NCBI GenBank assembly: GCA_002633005.1
Contig: NMRA01000004.1
Coordinates: 563,846 to 627,845 of the forward strand
Length of the DNA stretch: 64,000 nt
Reading direction: 5' to 3'
From: Phoronis australis
Lineage: Eukaryota; Animalia; Phoronida
The notes below the pieces were generated by a model. The model was not told the origin of the DNA, searched no databases, and saw nothing but the letters and a program-made list of their open reading frames with translations. A program made the translations under genes and the position numbers. Below are positions 62,901 to 64,000 of the stretch, one piece after another (the stretch's first letter is position 1; each line of letters begins with the position of its first letter).

Positions 62901-64000
62901 CTGAGTAACCGTGGAGACACGAGAACAGATGGATAATTTGTTCTGATAGTGGTTGGCAAGGACACTTCAGAGGACAGATGGTTGCAGTTGGACGTTTTGT
63001 AAATCCGCCACTGATACTGGACTTGCAGAGAATTACACAAACCTGTGTCGATTGTAGCCTCAATTTGAATGAGGTTTGATTTCCGAAACTGTCGATAAAA
63101 TCCTCCATCAATAGTTACTGACGGCTCAATGCAAACAGCAGGGAGCACTTGAATTAGCACAGTTTTGGAAATCTCACTGACATTATTTGAAGCGGTGACT
63201 TTTAGTACATGCTCTCCTTCTTTGACAAATGTCCAAGTTAAAGTTTTACCCATCAAAGTATTTAGATGATCAATGTTCCAACGATAAATGACATTGGTGC
63301 CGCGTATAACACTGGCTTCAAATGTTAGATTCTTATAACTGTAAGCATGCTTTGTGCCAGTACTGCTCAAAACAGATATGGTGTGGATAGCGTGTTCTAT
63401 TACTACATTCTTGGTTACATTTAAGCACATGGTGACACTGCAAGCTTTGACAACGACTCGATACTGTCCGTCTGAGAGGAAGTTGCAAGTGATGTTTTGT
63501 GAGTTTTTGGTCATCAACAGAGCACCAAGAGCTGATGTAACCGTCCATGTGTATTGAATGACGTGACCAGTTTTCACAGCAGCGTAAAAGTCTAGCTGAG
63601 TCTTGCTTGGTAACGCATTATCGCAGCAATTCAAGATTTCAAGGTCTTCAATAGAATCACCAACAGCAATGATTACAGAATGTGTTCCAAAGCTGATGGC
63701 ATTGGTCGCATTTACACCAACAATGTACTTTCCAGAGACACTGTAAACATGGTGCACAGTAGCAGATGTCTCTTTAACGATGGTTCCGTCACCAAAGTCC
63801 CAGCTATATGAGACATTAGAACCACCTGCCATTGTCACCACGAAAGTAACACCTTCCAGAGGTTTCACTTTGACCGCCGATGGTGTTATTTTAACATTAC
63901 TGACTTTCTCCTGAACAAACACAGTGAGGTTTGTACGAGCTGAGCTCACATTGTTAAAGATCATCAGAGACACATAGTGGATACCCACAGAACTGAACAC
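38368..64000 (-). CDS. PKD1: Polycystin-1 (PKD1-type) gene, 3' 29 exons; 5' part lies beyond the window
   Basis: Exons join in phase. Domains seen: PKD repeats (WDFGDG), REJ, GPS (CSCNHL/TSF), PLAT, multi-TM/TOP region, and the tail QDYELVDFMIKRFKLWAG...FRKVKFQGL, which resembles the PKD1 G-protein-activating segment, followed by a coiled coil. Confidence 0.93.
39608..39700. repeat. Minisatellite, 18-bp unit x5
   Basis: aacaagtgtaacataacc in perfect tandem copies. Confidence 0.95.
41072..41266 (-). CDS. PKD1: PKD1 exon (AFRKVKFQGLPS...LLDKFEE)
   Basis: tttcag acceptor, gtaact donor; KV.F.G motif and start of the coiled coil. Confidence 0.9.
42038..42151 (-). CDS. PKD1: PKD1 exon (QDYELVDFMIKRFKLWAG)
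   Basis: gtttag acceptor, gtaagt donor; resembles the PKD1 tail QDYEMVELFLRRLRLWMG. Confidence 0.93.
42800..43003 (-). CDS. PKD1: PKD1 exon (pore-like region, TM11)
   Basis: ttgcag acceptor, gtacaa donor; 68 codons. Confidence 0.9.
44100..44234 (-). CDS. PKD1: PKD1 exon (VARQLRFIKLFSVFGK; TM10)
   Basis: aag acceptor, gtaagt donor; QLRF...SVFGK motif. Confidence 0.9.
44836..45123 (-). CDS. PKD1: PKD1 exon (TM7-TM9; WNILE, FVSF)
   Basis: tttcag acceptor, gtaaga donor; 96 codons. Confidence 0.92.
45860..45945 (-). CDS. PKD1: PKD1 exon (GGVAVQFDV...VCE)
   Basis: tgtcag acceptor, gtaagg donor. Confidence 0.88.
46264..46355 (-). CDS. PKD1: PKD1 exon (TRMINTEFTMYNANLALF...EFP)
   Basis: ttctag acceptor, gtgaga donor; EFT.YN.N and EFP motifs. 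Confidence 0.93.
46492..46617 (-). CDS. PKD1: PKD1 exon (TOP; YSGGGYVQDLG...NWI)
   Basis: tgccag acceptor, gtatct donor. Confidence 0.93.
46828..46990 (-). CDS. PKD1: PKD1 exon (TOP; ...YSTGWRPCCHGNQTW...)
   Basis: ctttag acceptor, gtatgg donor; Y..GW motif. Confidence 0.88.
47174..47304 (-). CDS. PKD1: PKD1 exon (TOP domain; FWKW...LGPVRIIQVR)
   Basis: atttag acceptor, gtaggt donor; polycystin LG..R..QVR motif. Confidence 0.9.
47818..48053 (-). CDS. PKD1: PKD1 exon (P.G..L.QAR.EA motif, TM6)
   Basis: ttgtag acceptor, gtaaat donor. Confidence 0.92.
48659..48772 (-). CDS. PKD1: PKD1 exon (VLLIATYVAMTT...EKIK)
   Basis: tgtcag acceptor, gtaagc donor. Confidence 0.88.
49152..49381 (-). CDS. 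PKD1: PKD1 exon (TM4-TM5; LPYWFIYVAH...IEPFK)
   Basis: taacag acceptor, gtatga donor; LP.W and EP.K motifs. Confidence 0.93.
49734..49993 (-). CDS. PKD1: PKD1 exon, cytoplasmic loop (KRPSVAS...SSEL)
   Basis: gttcag acceptor, gtaaat donor; phase 2/1 bridges the neighbouring exons. Confidence 0.85.
50001..50737. repeat. 368-bp direct duplication split by a single N (likely assembly overlap)
   Basis: 50001-50368 and 50370-50737 differ at only about two positions; N at 50369. Confidence 0.9.
51200..51304 (-). CDS. PKD1: PKD1 exon, cytoplasmic loop (HVRQRFSLPTD...RLE)
   Basis: tttcag acceptor, gtaagt donor; phase 2/2. Confidence 0.75.
51883..52058 (-). CDS. PKD1: PKD1 exon, cytoplasmic loop (...WWTNDNILSWPEKLP...)
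   Basis: gtgtag acceptor, gtatgc donor; LSWP motif as in PKD1. Confidence 0.87.
52405..52503 (-). CDS. PKD1: PKD1 exon, cytoplasmic loop (VSRKFLKRSNP...DSKQ)
   Basis: ttttag acceptor; weak gttgtt donor; phase 0/0, so skippable. Confidence 0.6.
52788..52919 (-). CDS. PKD1: PKD1 exon, cytoplasmic loop (LQPFDYSGKSASAQTVEMED...)
   Basis: tttcag acceptor, gtttgt donor; phase 0/0; open frame. Confidence 0.8.
53660..53800. mobile_element. Short MITE-like element; decayed inverted relative at ~53122-53195
   Basis: ctagactgta...tacggtctag ends; accg(c/t)atttatccacctt is shared in opposite orientation with 53122. Confidence 0.5.
54214..54533 (-). CDS. PKD1: PKD1 exon (HIWLSV...SRFTRVQR; TM2-TM3)
   Basis: ttgcag acceptor, gtatgt donor; polycystin-1 signature. 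Confidence 0.94.
54871..55179 (-). CDS. PKD1: PKD1 exon (PLAT/LH2 domain)
   Basis: GTSAHVGI...FQRN...IKVWHDNTGLNPDWFL. Confidence 0.94.
55442..55595 (+). mobile_element. tRNA-derived SINE relic
   Basis: tggtggtccagacgg (A-box-like)...ggtcccggcttcgagtcccagttgggg (B-box/T-arm-like). Confidence 0.5.
55676..55871 (-). CDS. PKD1: PKD1 exon (TM1, start of PLAT)
   Basis: ttttag acceptor, gtacaa donor; NPVIVVTV...PLCGKGGAYKYEVSIVTG. Confidence 0.93.
56236..56491 (-). CDS. PKD1: PKD1 exon containing the GPS site (CLFYNE...WDTAGC...CSCNHLTSFG)
   Basis: gtgcag acceptor, gtaaaa donor; canonical GPS. Confidence 0.94.
57006..57160 (-). CDS. PKD1: PKD1 exon (VRFSG...DHRKYTFFVPQ)
   Basis: ttgcag acceptor, gtaagt donor; DHR.YTFF motif. 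Confidence 0.88.
57389..58743 (+). mobile_element. Helentron/HINE (DINE-1-like) non-autonomous element with an internal higher-order tandem array
   Basis: Units start aaattgccactag at 57591, 58025 and 58522; GGAC-like microsatellite at ~58651-58694; 3' hairpin atgcgtccacata-taaa-tatgtgggcgcat followed by an A-run. The left boundary is approximate. Confidence 0.75.
59317..60138 (-). CDS. PKD1: PKD1 exon (GAIN; ILNEEP, NPYTWG, VTSRVAALSF)
   Basis: ttccag acceptor, gtatct donor; 274 codons. Confidence 0.92.
60438..60747 (-). CDS. PKD1: PKD1 exon (REJ/GAIN helical part)
   Basis: tcttag acceptor, gtaagt donor; phases match. Confidence 0.9.
60957..61582 (-). CDS. PKD1: PKD1 exon (REJ; VIILPRK...PFGGQCSVHP...CSGWQDDD)
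   Basis: tttcag acceptor, gtgtgg donor; REJ motifs. Confidence 0.9.
62128..62292 (-). CDS. PKD1: PKD1 exon (REJ; FDNNTSVY...ATASQT)
   Basis: ttatag acceptor, gtatgt donor; 55 codons, phase 0/0. Confidence 0.87.
62672..64000 (-). CDS. PKD1: PKD1 large exon: last PKD repeats and start of REJ (open at window edge)
   Basis: ORF with SYSWDFGDG and VDASSTYDPD; donor TTG|gtaagc. Confidence 0.93.

Overview
AT-rich, intron-rich animal genomic DNA (probably an invertebrate bilaterian), not prokaryotic. Two long spliced genes face each other tail-to-tail. (1) A complete Tweety-family (TTYH) gene on the + strand, 1212-33434: 14 phase-consistent coding exons (~527 aa), a candidate 15-nt microexon and a 17.4-kb second intron. 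(2) The 3' part of a polycystin-1 (PKD1-type) gene on the - strand, >64000-38368: 29 exons and ~2646 aa in the window, covering PKD repeats, REJ, GAIN/GPS, PLAT, the TM/TOP channel-like region and the C-terminal tail with G-protein motif and coiled coil. A CpG-rich, probably bidirectional promoter lies at ~590-1210, with a possible first exon of a divergent gene at 531-537. The introns carry many transposon relics: a THAP-bearing Kolobok-like element, several MITE families, a Helentron/HINE-like tandem-repeat element, tRNA-SINE pieces, LINE fragments and an inverted Penelope-type repeat with minimal hammerhead ribozymes. The most unusual signals are recurrent RFX X-box palindromes inside PKD1 coding exons, a hammerhead pair in which only the host-sense copy is disrupted, and the Tweety microexon. 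All exon models were read by eye; no database searches were run.
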